Source of the DNA: Aquificaceae bacterium | Lineage (GTDB): Bacteria > Aquificota > Aquificia > Aquificales > Aquificaceae | Reading direction: 5' to 3' | DNA length: 61,361 bases | Assembly (NCBI GenBank): GCA_037924335.1 | Contig: JAXSMZ010000006.1 | Location: 1-61,361, forward strand | Part shown: one piece after another, positions 1-10,536 of the stretch | How positions within the stretch are numbered: position 1 is the first letter of the stretch | How the letters are laid out: every line of letters starts with the position of its first letter | Translations under genes and position numbers: made by a program | Notes under the pieces: generated by a model | The model's database searches: none | What the model was told of the DNA's origin: nothing | The model's input: only the letters and a program-made list of their open reading frames with translations

Positions 1-1
1 T

Positions 2-241
2 GAGACCGCTGGCGTCCAGCATTACATAGTTCCTTCTGCTTACACAAGCAGGACTTGTCCTGAGTGTGGATATCAGGACAGGATGAACCGCAAAGGGGAG
101 CATTTCAAGTGTCTACGGTGTGGGTATGAAGGAGATGCGGACATAGTAGGTGCGAGGAATGTTCTTATGCGGTTCACAAGGGAGCTTATAGTCTCCTTGC
201 CTGCTAAACCTCATTCTGTGGAATATTTTTCTATGGGATGA
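2..241 (+). mobile_element. tnpB: 3' end of TnpB (IS200/IS605/IS607-type RNA-guided nuclease), truncated by the window edge
   Basis: My translation of frame 2 gives ...VPSAYTSRTCPECG...FKCLRCGYEGDADIVGARNV...*, i.e. a TSxxC zinc ribbon plus the RuvC-III D-x-x-x-A-x-N motif. Not in the ORF track. Confidence 0.9.
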
Positions 242-242
242 G

Positions 243-533
243 GAACTATTAGCAGGTTCATATTATTTTGACCCTAACTATATTATTGTAAAGGTTAATG
301 TCCCGGTGGAATTAAAGATCAGAAAAGAGCCAGGGATAACTCCCCATAACATAGTGATTAAAGAGCCTGATGCTGGTATCGATATCAGGGAATCTTTGGA
401 TTCAGAGCCCAAGATCATCAGGTTTACGCCAAAGAAGATCGGAAAATATCCATTTTATTGCGACAAGAGGTTACTGTTCTTTAAAAGCCACAGGGAAAGA
501 GGCATGGAGGGCACACTTGAAGTGGTTAAGTAA
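243..533 (+). pseudogene. Cupredoxin-domain protein lacking its N-terminus (interrupted by the tnpB element)
   Basis: The frame extends upstream of the tracked GTG as ELLAGSYYFDPNYIIVKVNVPVEL; copper-ligand pattern HN...YC...H...GM; no start or signal peptide before the tnpB stop. Confidence 0.7.
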
Positions 534-1158
534 AAGTGTAATTTGTCCTATCTTTATAATTGCCGCTATAACTCAGGACCCTATATCCATCGCAATAGAA
601 AATTATAAGAATGTCGAGTCCTACAGTGTAACATTGCGGTCAAGGAATGATGAAGACTTCTCGGAGATTATAAAATATTATTACAAAAAGCCAGGTTTTG
701 TGAGGATGGAACTAATAAAGCCACATAAGGGAGCCATCCTTATCTACAGCCCTTTCACAAAGAAGGTAAGTGTAAGGCCATTCAGCTCCTTGAAGTCCTT
801 TGTTCTAACGCTCAGCCCTGATAACAGGTTAGTTAAAAGTTCGAGAGGACACAGGATAGATGCCTCTGATATCGGAGAACTTTTGAGGACAGTAAAAAAA
901 TTGCAAGAAAATGGAAAGACAGAGATAATTAGGGAAGAAGTTGTGAATAAGAAGTTGACAATGCTTGTCAGTATTAAGGGGAGGAATGGCTTCACAGTTG
1001 ATGGCGTGCACAGGTATTTATTGTGGCTTGATAAAACGACCTTTTTGCCATTAAAGGTTTCTTCTTTTGATATCTCTGACAAATTGATTGAAGAGGTTTT
1101 AATGGATGACCTCAGAATAAATATAGGGATTGAAGATAGTTTTTTCAGCTTTCCATAA
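517..1158 (+). CDS. LolA-like / outer-membrane lipoprotein-sorting fold protein
   Basis: YYKKPGFVRME and LWLDKTTFLP motifs, ends FFSFP; probable TTG start at 517 overlapping the previous gene. Confidence 0.6.
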   Translation: MKWLSKSVICPIFIIAAITQDPISIAIENYKNVESYSVTLRSRNDEDFSEIIKYYYKKPGFVRMELIKPHKGAILIYSPFTKKVSVRPFSSLKSFVLTLSPDNRLVKSSRGHRIDASDIGELLRTVKKLQENGKTEIIREEVVNKKLTMLVSIKGRNGFTVDGVHRYLLWLDKTTFLPLKVSSFDISDKLIEEVLMDDLRINIGIEDSFFSFP

Positions 1159-1291
1159 ACTCAAAAGGGTCACATATCAAAAGCTTTGTTAAACTTGCAT
1201 TCAATAATGAACCTGAGAGGCACTAAGATCGGCAATCTGTGCTGTTTGAATCTCATACTTGGCATAGTTGGGTTATGCTATAATTTTTGTG

Positions 1292-1858
1292 ATGCAGATT
1301 ACAATTCTAAGAATAGTTGGGTTTGTCAGCTTTATCTTGCTTCTGTCCGCTGCTCTTCTGGGATGGAAGTGGTGGGAGGGGAAAAAACTATCAAAGATGT
1401 CTTATGAGGAGTTTCTTATAAGAGAATATATAATGTCTGGAGATTATAAGAAGGCAGAGGGTGCGATGGATAATGCTTTAAAATCCAACACACCTTATAA
1501 GCCCCTAATCTTATCCTATAAGCTCTATTTAGAGAGGGAGAATGGAAAAGGGAATGATATAAAGTACATTCAGGACATCCTTAACTCTTTGAAAGATAAG
1601 GACTTAAGGTCCATCTATCAAGAGAGGCTTGCTTACGCCTATTTCCTTTCTGGGGATTATAAGAAAGCTCTTGAGGCTTTAAAAGGCATAGATGAAAGGA
1701 GCTTTAACTACTATTCTGCCATGATCCTTAAGGGGCTGACCCTTGAAAGGGTTGGTAGGAAAGAGGAAGCTGATAAACTTTATGCCCAAGTGTTGTCTCT
1801 TGCAAAGGGAACTTACTTTGGAAATCTTGCGGAAGCCATGCTAACAGAGGAGAGGTAA
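1292..1858 (+). CDS. Membrane-anchored TPR protein (YfgM-like)
   Basis: N-terminal TM helix followed by TPR-like helices; ATG 1292 lies 7 nt after TGcTATAAT. Confidence 0.65.
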   Translation: MQITILRIVGFVSFILLLSAALLGWKWWEGKKLSKMSYEEFLIREYIMSGDYKKAEGAMDNALKSNTPYKPLILSYKLYLERENGKGNDIKYIQDILNSLKDKDLRSIYQERLAYAYFLSGDYKKALEALKGIDERSFNYYSAMILKGLTLERVGRKEEADKLYAQVLSLAKGTYFGNLAEAMLTEER

Positions 1859-1859
1859 T

Positions 1860-3845
1860 ATGGACCTTCTCATAGAGATAGGCACTGAGGAGCTTCCTGC
1901 AAGAGTTATAAATCCATTGCTTGAATATCTGAAAGAATCAGTAGGTGAACTGCTCGGAAGAAAGGATGTAAGAGTTTACGGCACACCAAGACGTCTGGCT
2001 CTGTACTATGATAACTTTGAGAACGTTAGCGTGGAAGAGGAGGAAGTCCTAATAGGTCCACCTTTGAGCTTGGCTTACGATGAGCAAGGGAAAGCTACAA
2101 AGTCCTTGTATGGATTCCTACAGAGGGTTTCTGCATCTGAGGAGGATGTATTTCATATAAAAAGGGGTGATGCCCTCTATGTGGCTGTTAAAAGAGTTCG
2201 TACTGGAAGAAAACCCCTTGAGCTTTTAACAGAAAACCTTGAAGGTATCCTTCTTTCAGCCCCACTTCCAAAGAGCATGAGGTGGGATAGCTCTGGAGTT
2301 AGGTTTTCAAGGCCAATAAGATGGATATGCTCCCTTTATGGGACAGATGTTGTACCATTGCGCTTTGGTAAGGTGGTTGCAGATAGGAGAACGCAGGGGC
2401 ATAGGTTTCTATCCAATGGCTGGATAGAACTTAAGTCTGCCTCAGAGTACGAAGAGAAGCTGAAAGACAGTTATGTTATACCAGATTTCAAGGAAAGGCT
2501 AAGTCTTATACATTCCTTTCTAAAAGAAGAAAGCTACAGGCTCAGTGGAACCGTAGAGTATCCTGAGGGTTTAGAGGAAGAAGTTGCTAACTTGGTGGAG
2601 TTTCCCTTTGCGTTGGTTGGGCAGTTTGACAGTAAATATTTGGACCTTCCCGAGAAGGTGATAGTTACAGTTCTTGCTCATCACCAAAGGTTTTTCTGCG
2701 TAAGAAAAGGGGAGAAACTTCTTCCAAACTTTATAGCCATAAGCGGGAACATTCCAAAGGATGGCCTTATAGTGAGAGGGTATGAGAAAGTTATAAAAGC
2801 TAGGCTTGAAGATGCTCTATTTTTCTACAGGGAGGATATGAAAAAAAGGCTTGAGGAGCTTGTAAAAGATCTTTCTCATGTTCTTTTCCATCCAAAAGCT
2901 GGGAGTATGCTTGAGAAGACAGAGAGGATAGTAAGTCTTTCTGAACATTTTACTGAATATCTTGCATTAGATGAGGGTTTGAGAAAGAAAATAAGAAGAG
3001 CAGCTTACCTTTCCAAGGCTGATGTGCTGACTGAAATGGTGAAGGAGTTTGATGAGCTTCAGGGATACATGGGTTATGTTTATGCAAAAAACCAAGGGGA
3101 GGACGAAGATGTAGCCCTATCTTTGTACGAATACTACTTTCCTAAATCGCCCAGCGACCCACTCCCATCCAACACCATAGGCCTTGTACTTTCCCTATCG
3201 GATAAGCTCGATGACCTCTTCATGCTGATAAAGTATGGAGAGATACCAACTGGTAGCTCCGACCCATACGGTCTTAGAAGATGTGCTTATGGAGTTTTTT
3301 CTATACTTGATGCTAAAGGATGGAACGTAGACCTGCGAGACATCATAAAAAAACAGTATGGGGATGTACCATCCCAGCTAGAGAGCTTTCTGAGGAGCAG
3401 GCTTGAAGCCTATCTTGAACCTTACGGTTACGATGTGGTCAGGTCTGTCTTGGAAGTTAAGGATGTCCTCAAACCGTTGGAGTGCATAGAACTTGTTAGA
3501 GAGGTTGCAAACTTAAAAGAAGAGCAGAAATTTAAAGATATAGTAGGTACTTACAGAAGGGTGGTGAGGATAATGCCAAAGGAATGGGAAGACGATAAGG
3601 TAGAAGAGAGTTTGCTAAGTGAAGAGGAAGAGATAAACCTATGGGAAGAGATAAAGAGAAAGAGCATAAAATCTATTCTGGACCTTTATTCTATGAAGGA
3701 TCCTGTGGATAGATTCTTTGATAGGGTTTTAGTAATGGAAAAGGATGAAAGGGTCAGAAGAAACAGGCTTGCTCTTCTCTTTAACGTAAAAAAAATTTTC
3801 AATAGGTTTGCAGACTTTAGTAAGTTAGTTTATGAAGGAATTTAA
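1860..3845 (+). CDS. glyS: Glycine-tRNA ligase beta subunit
   Basis: LLIEIGTEELP, TPRRL, RFSRPIRW, EFDELQG, SSDPYGLRR, RRNRLALL. Confidence 0.97.
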   Translation: MDLLIEIGTEELPARVINPLLEYLKESVGELLGRKDVRVYGTPRRLALYYDNFENVSVEEEEVLIGPPLSLAYDEQGKATKSLYGFLQRVSASEEDVFHIKRGDALYVAVKRVRTGRKPLELLTENLEGILLSAPLPKSMRWDSSGVRFSRPIRWICSLYGTDVVPLRFGKVVADRRTQGHRFLSNGWIELKSASEYEEKLKDSYVIPDFKERLSLIHSFLKEESYRLSGTVEYPEGLEEEVANLVEFPFALVGQFDSKYLDLPEKVIVTVLAHHQRFFCVRKGEKLLPNFIAISGNIPKDGLIVRGYEKVIKARLEDALFFYREDMKKRLEELVKDLSHVLFHPKAGSMLEKTERIVSLSEHFTEYLALDEGLRKKIRRAAYLSKADVLTEMVKEFDELQGYMGYVYAKNQGEDEDVALSLYEYYFPKSPSDPLPSNTIGLVLSLSDKLDDLFMLIKYGEIPTGSSDPYGLRRCAYGVFSILDAKGWNVDLRDIIKKQYGDVPSQLESFLRSRLEAYLEPYGYDVVRSVLEVKDVLKPLECIELVREVANLKEEQKFKDIVGTYRRVVRIMPKEWEDDKVEESLLSEEEEINLWEEIKRKSIKSILDLYSMKDPVDRFFDRVLVMEKDERVRRNRLALLFNVKKIFNRFADFSKLVYEGI

Positions 3846-3858
3846 AGGAGGTATGGAG

Positions 3859-6420
3859 ATGGCTAAGCGTTACCTTGTTTGGCTTGACGAGGTTGGTATA
3901 AAGGATATAAGCCTCGTTGGTGGTAAGAATGCTTCCCTCGGTGAGATGATAAAAAATTTATCCTCTCTTGGAATAAATATACCCTATGGCTTTGTTATCA
4001 CGTCGGAAGCTTACTATGAGTTCATAAAGTACAACAAGCTTGAAGAAGAGATAAAGAAGATACTGAAGGGCCTTGATACAAATAACATAGAGGACCTTTC
4101 TAAGAGGGGGCATCAAGTGAGGGAGCTCATAAGGGGTGGAGAGTTTCCAAGCCATATAGAGGAACTCATAAAGGGTTACTACGAAAAACTCTCTGGGATG
4201 TACAAGGCTTTTGCCGTTGATGTTGCCGTGCGTTCCTCTGCAACTGCCGAGGACCTACCGCATGCTTCCTTCGCTGGTCAGCAGGAAACATATCTTAACG
4301 TAGTGGGTGCTGAGAATGTGCTGACTGCCATAAAGAATGGGTTTGCCTCTCTCTTTACGGACAGGGCTATATCTTACAGGGAATCCCTTGGCTTTGACCA
4401 TTTCAAAATAGGGATAGCCATGGGTGTACAGAAGATGGTAAGGTCAGATATGGGTGCCTCTGGTGTTATGTTCACGCTGGATACGGAGTCTGGCTTTAAG
4501 GATGTTGTGGTCATAAATGCTGCCTATGGCTTAGGAGAGCTCATGGTGCAAGGAGCAATAACACCTGACGAGTACATGGTTTTTAAGCCTACCCTTCAGG
4601 CTGGATACTCTGCCATAATAGAGAAAAAGCTTGGACGCAAAGACAGAAAGATGGTTTATGGTATAGGTGGAGAGAGGACCAAGATAGTAAATGTACCCTT
4701 ATCTGAACAGAAAGGGTTTGCTCTGACAGACGATGAGATAATCAAACTCGCCAAATGGGGTGTCCTTATAGAAGAGCATTACTCTAGGAAAAACGGAAGA
4801 TGGACACCTATGGACATAGAATGGGCAAAGGATGGCATACTGAACGAACTCTTTGTAGTTCAGGCAAGGCCAGAGACTGTTCATTCAAGGAAAGAGGAGA
4901 GGGTACTAAAGGTCTACAGATTTGTTCAACCTGTGGAGGATAGAAGCAAGAAGAGGATAGTTTACGGTATATCTGTTGGTGATAAGATAGCCACTGGTAA
5001 GGTGAGGGTCATACATGACCTTAAGGATGCAGGGCAGTTTAAGGATGGTGAGGTTTTGGTAACAGATATTACAGACCCAGACTGGGAGCCCATAATGAAG
5101 AAGGCTTCAGCCATAGTTACAAACAGGGGTGGAAGAACTGCACATGCTGCCATAGTTGCAAGAGAGCTTGGTATTCCAGCCGTTGTAGGTACACATAAGG
5201 CAACAGAGATACTCACTACAGGCATGGAAGTTACCATATCATGTGCGGAGGGAGAGATAGGCTACGTATACGAGGGATACGTACCCTTCGAGATAGAAGA
5301 GATCAACGTGGAAAACCTACCAAAGCCAAAGACAAAGATTATGATGAACATAGGCAATCCAGAATCAGCTTTCAAATACTCCTTTATACCGAACGATGGC
5401 GTTGGCCTAGCAAGGGAGGAGTTTATAATAGCAAACTACATCAAGATACATCCCTTGGCGCTTCTTCACTATGGGGAGCTAAAGGAGTTGCTATCAGAAC
5501 TTGAGAAGAGAGGGTTTGTTGATGAGAAGGGTTTTTGTCCCATGTCCGCCGTACATAACTATGCAAAAGCACCATTGTCCGAAAGATTGGTCAAAGGTAG
5601 AGATAGGAAGCTTTTACCTCTTAGGAGAATTTTGGAGGATATCGATAATCTTACATTTGGTTACGATGACAAAGCGCATTACTTTGTTAAAAAACTTTCC
5701 TATGGAATAGCAAAGATATCGGCCGCTTTTTATCCCAATCCAGTCATAGTTAGGTTTTCAGACTTTAAGTCCAACGAATACAGAGGGTTGATAGGTGGAG
5801 AGCTTTTTGAACCAGAGGAGGAAAACCCAATGCTCGGATGGAGGGGAGCATCAAGGTACTATTCAGACTTCTACAAGGAAGCTTTTGGTCTCGAATGTCA
5901 GGCCATTCTGAGGGTGCGCAACAAGATGGGTCTTACCAACACAAAGGTTATGGTACCCTTCTGTAGAACACCTGAGGAGGGAGAAAAGGTGCTTAAGGTT
6001 ATGGAAGACTTCAAGCTAAGAAGGGGAGACAACGGTCTAGAGGTGTATGTGATGGCAGAATTGCCAAGCAATATGATTCTTGCAGATAGATTTGCCGAGA
6101 TCTTTGACGGTTTTTCCATAGGGTCTAACGACCTTACACAGCTTACGCTTGGTCTTGATAGAGATTCTGCCCTTGTGGCTCACCTTTACGATGAGAGGAA
6201 TGAGGCTATAAAGAGGCTTATCTCTCAACTGATAAGGGTTGCCAAAGAGAAAGGGAAAAAGGTGGGTATATGTGGACAGGGTCCTTCTGATTTTCCAGAC
6301 TTTGCTTCCTTCCTAGTCGAAGAGGGTATAGATAGCATATCCCTCAATCCAGACTCTGTTCTGAAAACCATGCTGGTTGTTGCAGAATCAGAAAGGAAGC
6401 TGAGGGAGGTCTTAAGATGA
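3859..6420 (+). CDS. ppsA: Phosphoenolpyruvate synthase
   Basis: VGGKNASLGEM, VRSSATAEDL, GGRTAHAAIVARELG (phospho-His), GFSIGSNDLTQ; AGGAGG lies 7 nt before ATG 3859. Confidence 0.97.
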   Translation: MAKRYLVWLDEVGIKDISLVGGKNASLGEMIKNLSSLGINIPYGFVITSEAYYEFIKYNKLEEEIKKILKGLDTNNIEDLSKRGHQVRELIRGGEFPSHIEELIKGYYEKLSGMYKAFAVDVAVRSSATAEDLPHASFAGQQETYLNVVGAENVLTAIKNGFASLFTDRAISYRESLGFDHFKIGIAMGVQKMVRSDMGASGVMFTLDTESGFKDVVVINAAYGLGELMVQGAITPDEYMVFKPTLQAGYSAIIEKKLGRKDRKMVYGIGGERTKIVNVPLSEQKGFALTDDEIIKLAKWGVLIEEHYSRKNGRWTPMDIEWAKDGILNELFVVQARPETVHSRKEERVLKVYRFVQPVEDRSKKRIVYGISVGDKIATGKVRVIHDLKDAGQFKDGEVLVTDITDPDWEPIMKKASAIVTNRGGRTAHAAIVARELGIPAVVGTHKATEILTTGMEVTISCAEGEIGYVYEGYVPFEIEEINVENLPKPKTKIMMNIGNPESAFKYSFIPNDGVGLAREEFIIANYIKIHPLALLHYGELKELLSELEKRGFVDEKGFCPMSAVHNYAKAPLSERLVKGRDRKLLPLRRILEDIDNLTFGYDDKAHYFVKKLSYGIAKISAAFYPNPVIVRFSDFKSNEYRGLIGGELFEPEEENPMLGWRGASRYYSDFYKEAFGLECQAILRVRNKMGLTNTKVMVPFCRTPEEGEKVLKVMEDFKLRRGDNGLEVYVMAELPSNMILADRFAEIFDGFSIGSNDLTQLTLGLDRDSALVAHLYDERNEAIKRLISQLIRVAKEKGKKVGICGQGPSDFPDFASFLVEEGIDSISLNPDSVLKTMLVVAESERKLREVLR

Positions 6421-7286
6421 AGCTTGCCTTACCAAAGATAAGCCTTCCATCCTTTAAAAAGACCAAAGCCTCCTTGGCTGTTCAGATAAATGATAAAGTG
6501 CTTAGGATTCTAGAGCTAAACGATGAGAAAAAACCTGTCTTTGAGCCAGTTGAGGTGCTTTGGGGGGAAAAGGATGAAAACCAAAAAGTTGATATTTTGA
6601 AAAACTATGTAAACAGGTATAACCTGAGGGGTAAAGAGGTTATCTCCTGCGTACCGGCTAACGATGGGCTTCTTAAGTTGTACAAGTATCCAGCTACTAT
6701 GAGTTATAAGGACCTGCAACATGCTATAGACTGGGCTATAAAGAGGGAGCTCTCGATGCTTAAAGAGGCAACGGTTTATGACTACTTTACACTTGAAAGG
6801 TCCAAAGAGGATAAGAATGTAGTTGTGCTTCTTACGTTAGCAAAAGAGGATTCTATAAATAAAGTCAGAAAGATTTTGGAGCTTGCTGGTCTGAGGCTTG
6901 GTATCCTTGATTATGAAGTAATCAGCATCATAAACTATGGGCTTTACAGCAAGCTTTCAGTACCCTTTGTCATACTTTATATTGATTATCATTACTCTTT
7001 ACTTGCTAGCTACTCGCGTACTAATGTGGTTTATTTTACAGTACCTTGGAGTTTCAAAGAATCATCGGATGAGCACTCTTTGGAAGAGTTCCTTGCCGAG
7101 ATAAGAAACATAGTAGTTATAAATGACCTATCTAGTCTGTGTCTTGCAGGACCTATTTTAGCAGAAGAGAGGCTGCTTACACGTATACTTGAAACCCTTC
7201 CCATATTGACCCTTCTCGATTTAGGGGATGTTAAAGCAAACTTTTTTATTCCTTATATACTAAGCATAAGGGGTATGCAGGGATGA
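6417..7286 (+). CDS. pilM: Type IV pilus assembly protein PilM-like
   Basis: First gene of a pilMNOPQ-like run; YDY and AGL..LD motifs. Confidence 0.7.
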   Translation: MKLALPKISLPSFKKTKASLAVQINDKVLRILELNDEKKPVFEPVEVLWGEKDENQKVDILKNYVNRYNLRGKEVISCVPANDGLLKLYKYPATMSYKDLQHAIDWAIKRELSMLKEATVYDYFTLERSKEDKNVVVLLTLAKEDSINKVRKILELAGLRLGILDYEVISIINYGLYSKLSVPFVILYIDYHYSLLASYSRTNVVYFTVPWSFKESSDEHSLEEFLAEIRNIVVINDLSSLCLAGPILAEERLLTRILETLPILTLLDLGDVKANFFIPYILSIRGMQG

Positions 7287-7921
7287 TAAGGATAAACTTA
7301 GTAAAAAAGAGGGAGAAGGTAGAGGTTGAAAGAATAAGGCTGGGGAAGGAGAAAATTGCTAGGGCAATACCAAAAGTACCAAAAGTTGAGTATGTATTGG
7401 CACTAATAGCTTGGCTTGCTGTTGTTCTGATGCTTGCCTATTACTTTAGGCTCTCCTCTGAGAGGAGTAAGCTCAGGGTTGAGGTAGACTCTCTGAACGC
7501 ACAAAAGATACAACTCCAATCCAGAGCAAAGAAGTTTCTTGAAGAAAAGAAGACTATTGAGGGACGTATAGCATCTCTCGAAAGTAAGGTCAAGGATATA
7601 GAGAGAAGCAAGGATATTTTGGTGGGGCTAAAGTCTTACTATCAACCCTTTAACCAGTCCCTCCTCTTTTACACCAAATCAGTACCTTCTGTATCCTGGA
7701 TCTCTTCTTACAGCCAAAGCCTTGATATTAACGGTGGTAGTATAAAAACGGATATGGAACTCCAATCTCTTGATTATAAAGGTATAAGCGCCTATGGTGA
7801 AAGGCTTAGCAGCATGTCAAGGTCTGTGAACCTCACAAGCTTGGAAAGAAAGGTTAACCAATACGGCTTTGAATATTACACCGTTAAGCTTTCAACAGAG
7901 AGGAAACTCCCTGGGAGGTAA
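7283..7921 (+). CDS. pilN: PilN-like protein
   Basis: N-terminal IRINL motif, TM helix, coiled coil, P..W motif. Confidence 0.8.
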   Translation: MIRINLVKKREKVEVERIRLGKEKIARAIPKVPKVEYVLALIAWLAVVLMLAYYFRLSSERSKLRVEVDSLNAQKIQLQSRAKKFLEEKKTIEGRIASLESKVKDIERSKDILVGLKSYYQPFNQSLLFYTKSVPSVSWISSYSQSLDINGGSIKTDMELQSLDYKGISAYGERLSSMSRSVNLTSLERKVNQYGFEYYTVKLSTERKLPGR

Positions 7922-7925
7922 AAGG

Positions 7926-8600
7926 ATGGAGGTTCTTTATAAGTTGCCATCGTGGCAAAGGATAGTCATAATTTTTGTATTCCCCCTTGCCATTTTGGTG
8001 TACGTATGGCTTCTTCTCTTGAGTCCAACGTTGGAAGAGGTGAAAAAGCTGACGGATGAAAGAGACAGAGTTCAGGCTGAAGTCCAGAACATACAACGGT
8101 CTATGAATCCCAAGATAATTGAGAACCTGAGAAACAAGGAGGAAGCAACAAAGAAACTCTTAGAGGAGAAGGAAAAGGAGCTCACAGCCATTGTGGGTAA
8201 TATACCGGGGGAGAAGGACATAGGAATGATATTAAGGCAGGTAGGCGTATTGGCAAGAAAAAGTGGACTTATGATAATAAACGTGCAGATGGGTCCACGG
8301 CAAGAGGTTTTTTACACATTGGAAACTTCTGGAAGTGAGAAGTTCGTTAAAGAGGTTCAGGAGCAACAGCAACAGCCAAAGCAGGCAGCAAAAAAAGTTG
8401 AGGGCGTTAAGTATCTAAGGTCTGAACTTAAAATGGCGCTTCTTGGAAAGTACGAGAATTTTAAAAAGTTCATGGAATATATGGCTGAAGGCGGGTTAAT
8501 ATCCTACCCATCGAGCATCAATTTTACTCAGGCTGAAGGTGGTAAGCTAAAGGGGGATATAAGTCTTTATCTACTTCTTAGTAAGGAGGGAAGCCAATGA
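7926..8600 (+). CDS. pilO: PilO-like protein
   Basis: TM helix and coiled coil, IP..DI..IL, GKYENF; position in the operon. Confidence 0.8.
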   Translation: MEVLYKLPSWQRIVIIFVFPLAILVYVWLLLLSPTLEEVKKLTDERDRVQAEVQNIQRSMNPKIIENLRNKEEATKKLLEEKEKELTAIVGNIPGEKDIGMILRQVGVLARKSGLMIINVQMGPRQEVFYTLETSGSEKFVKEVQEQQQQPKQAAKKVEGVKYLRSELKMALLGKYENFKKFMEYMAEGGLISYPSSINFTQAEGGKLKGDISLYLLLSKEGSQ

Positions 8601-8827
8601 GGGCAAAGTTCTTTGGTCTTTTGTTAGTTTTTTTGGTAGACGTGTCTTTTTCACAGGCATCCTTTGAGAGCATGGAGGGGGCTGTTGGTTATATAGTTAT
8701 TGAAAAGTCCGGCAAAATAGAAAATTACGTTATCGTGGAAGGAAAAGATGGAAGTGTTAAAACTTTAAAGGTGGAGCAGAACCCAGCCCGCTTTATGAAG
8801 AAGACAGAGGAAGGAGGGAAGAAATGA
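8597..8827 (+). CDS. Small secreted protein in the PilP position
   Basis: Signal peptide plus a short beta-rich domain between pilO and pilQ. Confidence 0.5.
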   Translation: MRAKFFGLLLVFLVDVSFSQASFESMEGAVGYIVIEKSGKIENYVIVEGKDGSVKTLKVEQNPARFMKKTEEGGKK

Positions 8828-10536
8828 GAAAAATTCTCTTAATGCTTTGTATTCTTCTTAGCCTGTCCTATGCTCAGATGGTCAAAGAGATGAAGTTTGA
8901 GAATGTAAAGCTCGAAACAGTTTTAAAAGCCCTTTCTCAGGTATCGGGAATGAACGTAATATTTGACCCACAGGTAGCGCAGGATTTAGCCAAACCAGTA
9001 AGCGTAGCCATCTATAAGCCTGTACCAGTAGGGGAAGCCTTTAACATAATACTGAAAGAGTATGGTCTGATAGCCGTCCCCGTTGATAAAAAAGTTTACA
9101 AGATAACAAAAGCTGGCGAGATAAACTTAAGCGTTGCCGGTTTGGATGACACACAGATAGATAAGTTTGTCAACTTTTTAAAACCGCGCGTTAGTCCATC
9201 TGCAGAGATAGTCATAGATAGAACACTAAAAACGATATACATAAGAGATGAGGAGAAAAACATTAAAAAGCTTGAACCCATGCTGAAAGATTTTACCAAA
9301 GTGATAGAGAAGATAGCACCAGCTGAAGAGAGGATAACAAGGGTTTTTTATCTGAAGAACATATCACTTGAGGAGGCAGAAAGACTTATAAGTCCGTACA
9401 AAAAGCCAGATACAGTTATTACAAAAGTTTCTAGCTTTTCAGCCCTTGTTATAACAGACAGCCCAAAGCAGATGGACAAGTACCAAGAGGTACTCAAAAA
9501 CTTCCTCACAGAAACTCCATCAGAGAGAAAACCCATAACGAAGATCTTCTACCTTAAGTATGTCAGTCCAGATGAGTTTATTAAGATGATAGAACCCCTT
9601 AGGTCTGAGGCTGGTGTTATAATAAGCGGTGGTGCTATTACAACACAAACTTTTCAAACGGGACAGGCCCAGCCAGGACAGCAGGTTCAAACCCAAACAA
9701 CGCATACCCCTATACTCAAAGAGTTCAACGCCGTAATGATAACAGACTATCCAGAGGTCATAGATAAGATAAGGGAAAGGTTCAAGGAATACATAAGCGA
9801 TTCCCCTGTTCAGGTGAAGATAGAGGCAAGGATAATTGAGGCAAGGGAAGAAGCCTTAAGGGAGCTTGGCATAAACTGGAACGTCCTTTTATCTCAGGCA
9901 AGAGTTCCCCAGTTCTGGAAAAGTGGAGCGGGTCAGGGTATAGGCGTTGGTCTTTCGCCAAACCCTCTACCAGGACTTAGCACTACACCTGGCGGTATAT
10001 TTACCTTTACTTTCCAAAAGGGTATGCTAAACGCTCTTAATCTAAGGCTTTCAGCTCTTGAGCGTATAACTTTGATAAGAAACATAGCAAAGCCCACTGT
10101 GGTAACTATAAATGCCCAAAAGGCAACCATAAAACAGGGGGTAGAAATACCCTATCAGACAACGATCGTTGCCGGTGGTGGTCAAGCTATTAACATACAG
10201 TTCAAAGAGGTTGTTCTTCAGCTTGATGTTACGCCAGTGGTTTCACCAGATGGCAGAATACTTCTTGATATAAACTTAAAGAGGGATACGCCTGGTCAGC
10301 AAACACCGCAAGGTCCAGCCATAAACAGAAAAGAGGCTTCTACAAAGGTGGTTGTTAACGATGGGGATGTGCTGGTAATAGGAGGTATAATAGACAATCA
10401 AGAGACAAACACCACAGAAGGGGTTCCTGGCGTTGTAAGGGTTCCAGTTCTCAAGTGGCTGTTTGGACAGGAAAGACTGCAAAAGATGAACTCCGAACTT
10501 CTCATATTTCTAACGCCCGTTCTTGTGAGGGAATGA
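8824..10536 (+). CDS. pilQ: Type IV pilus secretin
   Basis: Repeated N domains, QVKIEARIIE, ELGINW, VLVIGG, VPVLKWLF, ELLIFLTP. Confidence 0.9.
   Translation: MRKILLMLCILLSLSYAQMVKEMKFENVKLETVLKALSQVSGMNVIFDPQVAQDLAKPVSVAIYKPVPVGEAFNIILKEYGLIAVPVDKKVYKITKAGEINLSVAGLDDTQIDKFVNFLKPRVSPSAEIVIDRTLKTIYIRDEEKNIKKLEPMLKDFTKVIEKIAPAEERITRVFYLKNISLEEAERLISPYKKPDTVITKVSSFSALVITDSPKQMDKYQEVLKNFLTETPSERKPITKIFYLKYVSPDEFIKMIEPLRSEAGVIISGGAITTQTFQTGQAQPGQQVQTQTTHTPILKEFNAVMITDYPEVIDKIRERFKEYISDSPVQVKIEARIIEAREEALRELGINWNVLLSQARVPQFWKSGAGQGIGVGLSPNPLPGLSTTPGGIFTFTFQKGMLNALNLRLSALERITLIRNIAKPTVVTINAQKATIKQGVEIPYQTTIVAGGGQAINIQFKEVVLQLDVTPVVSPDGRILLDINLKRDTPGQQTPQGPAINRKEASTKVVVNDGDVLVIGGIIDNQETNTTEGVPGVVRVPVLKWLFGQERLQKMNSELLIFLTPVLVRE

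Noticed and set aside
1159..1270. Intergenic stretch and the 1186-1407 ORF
   Set aside because: No recognisable protein motif or RNA structure; the ORF overlaps the TPR gene out of frame.
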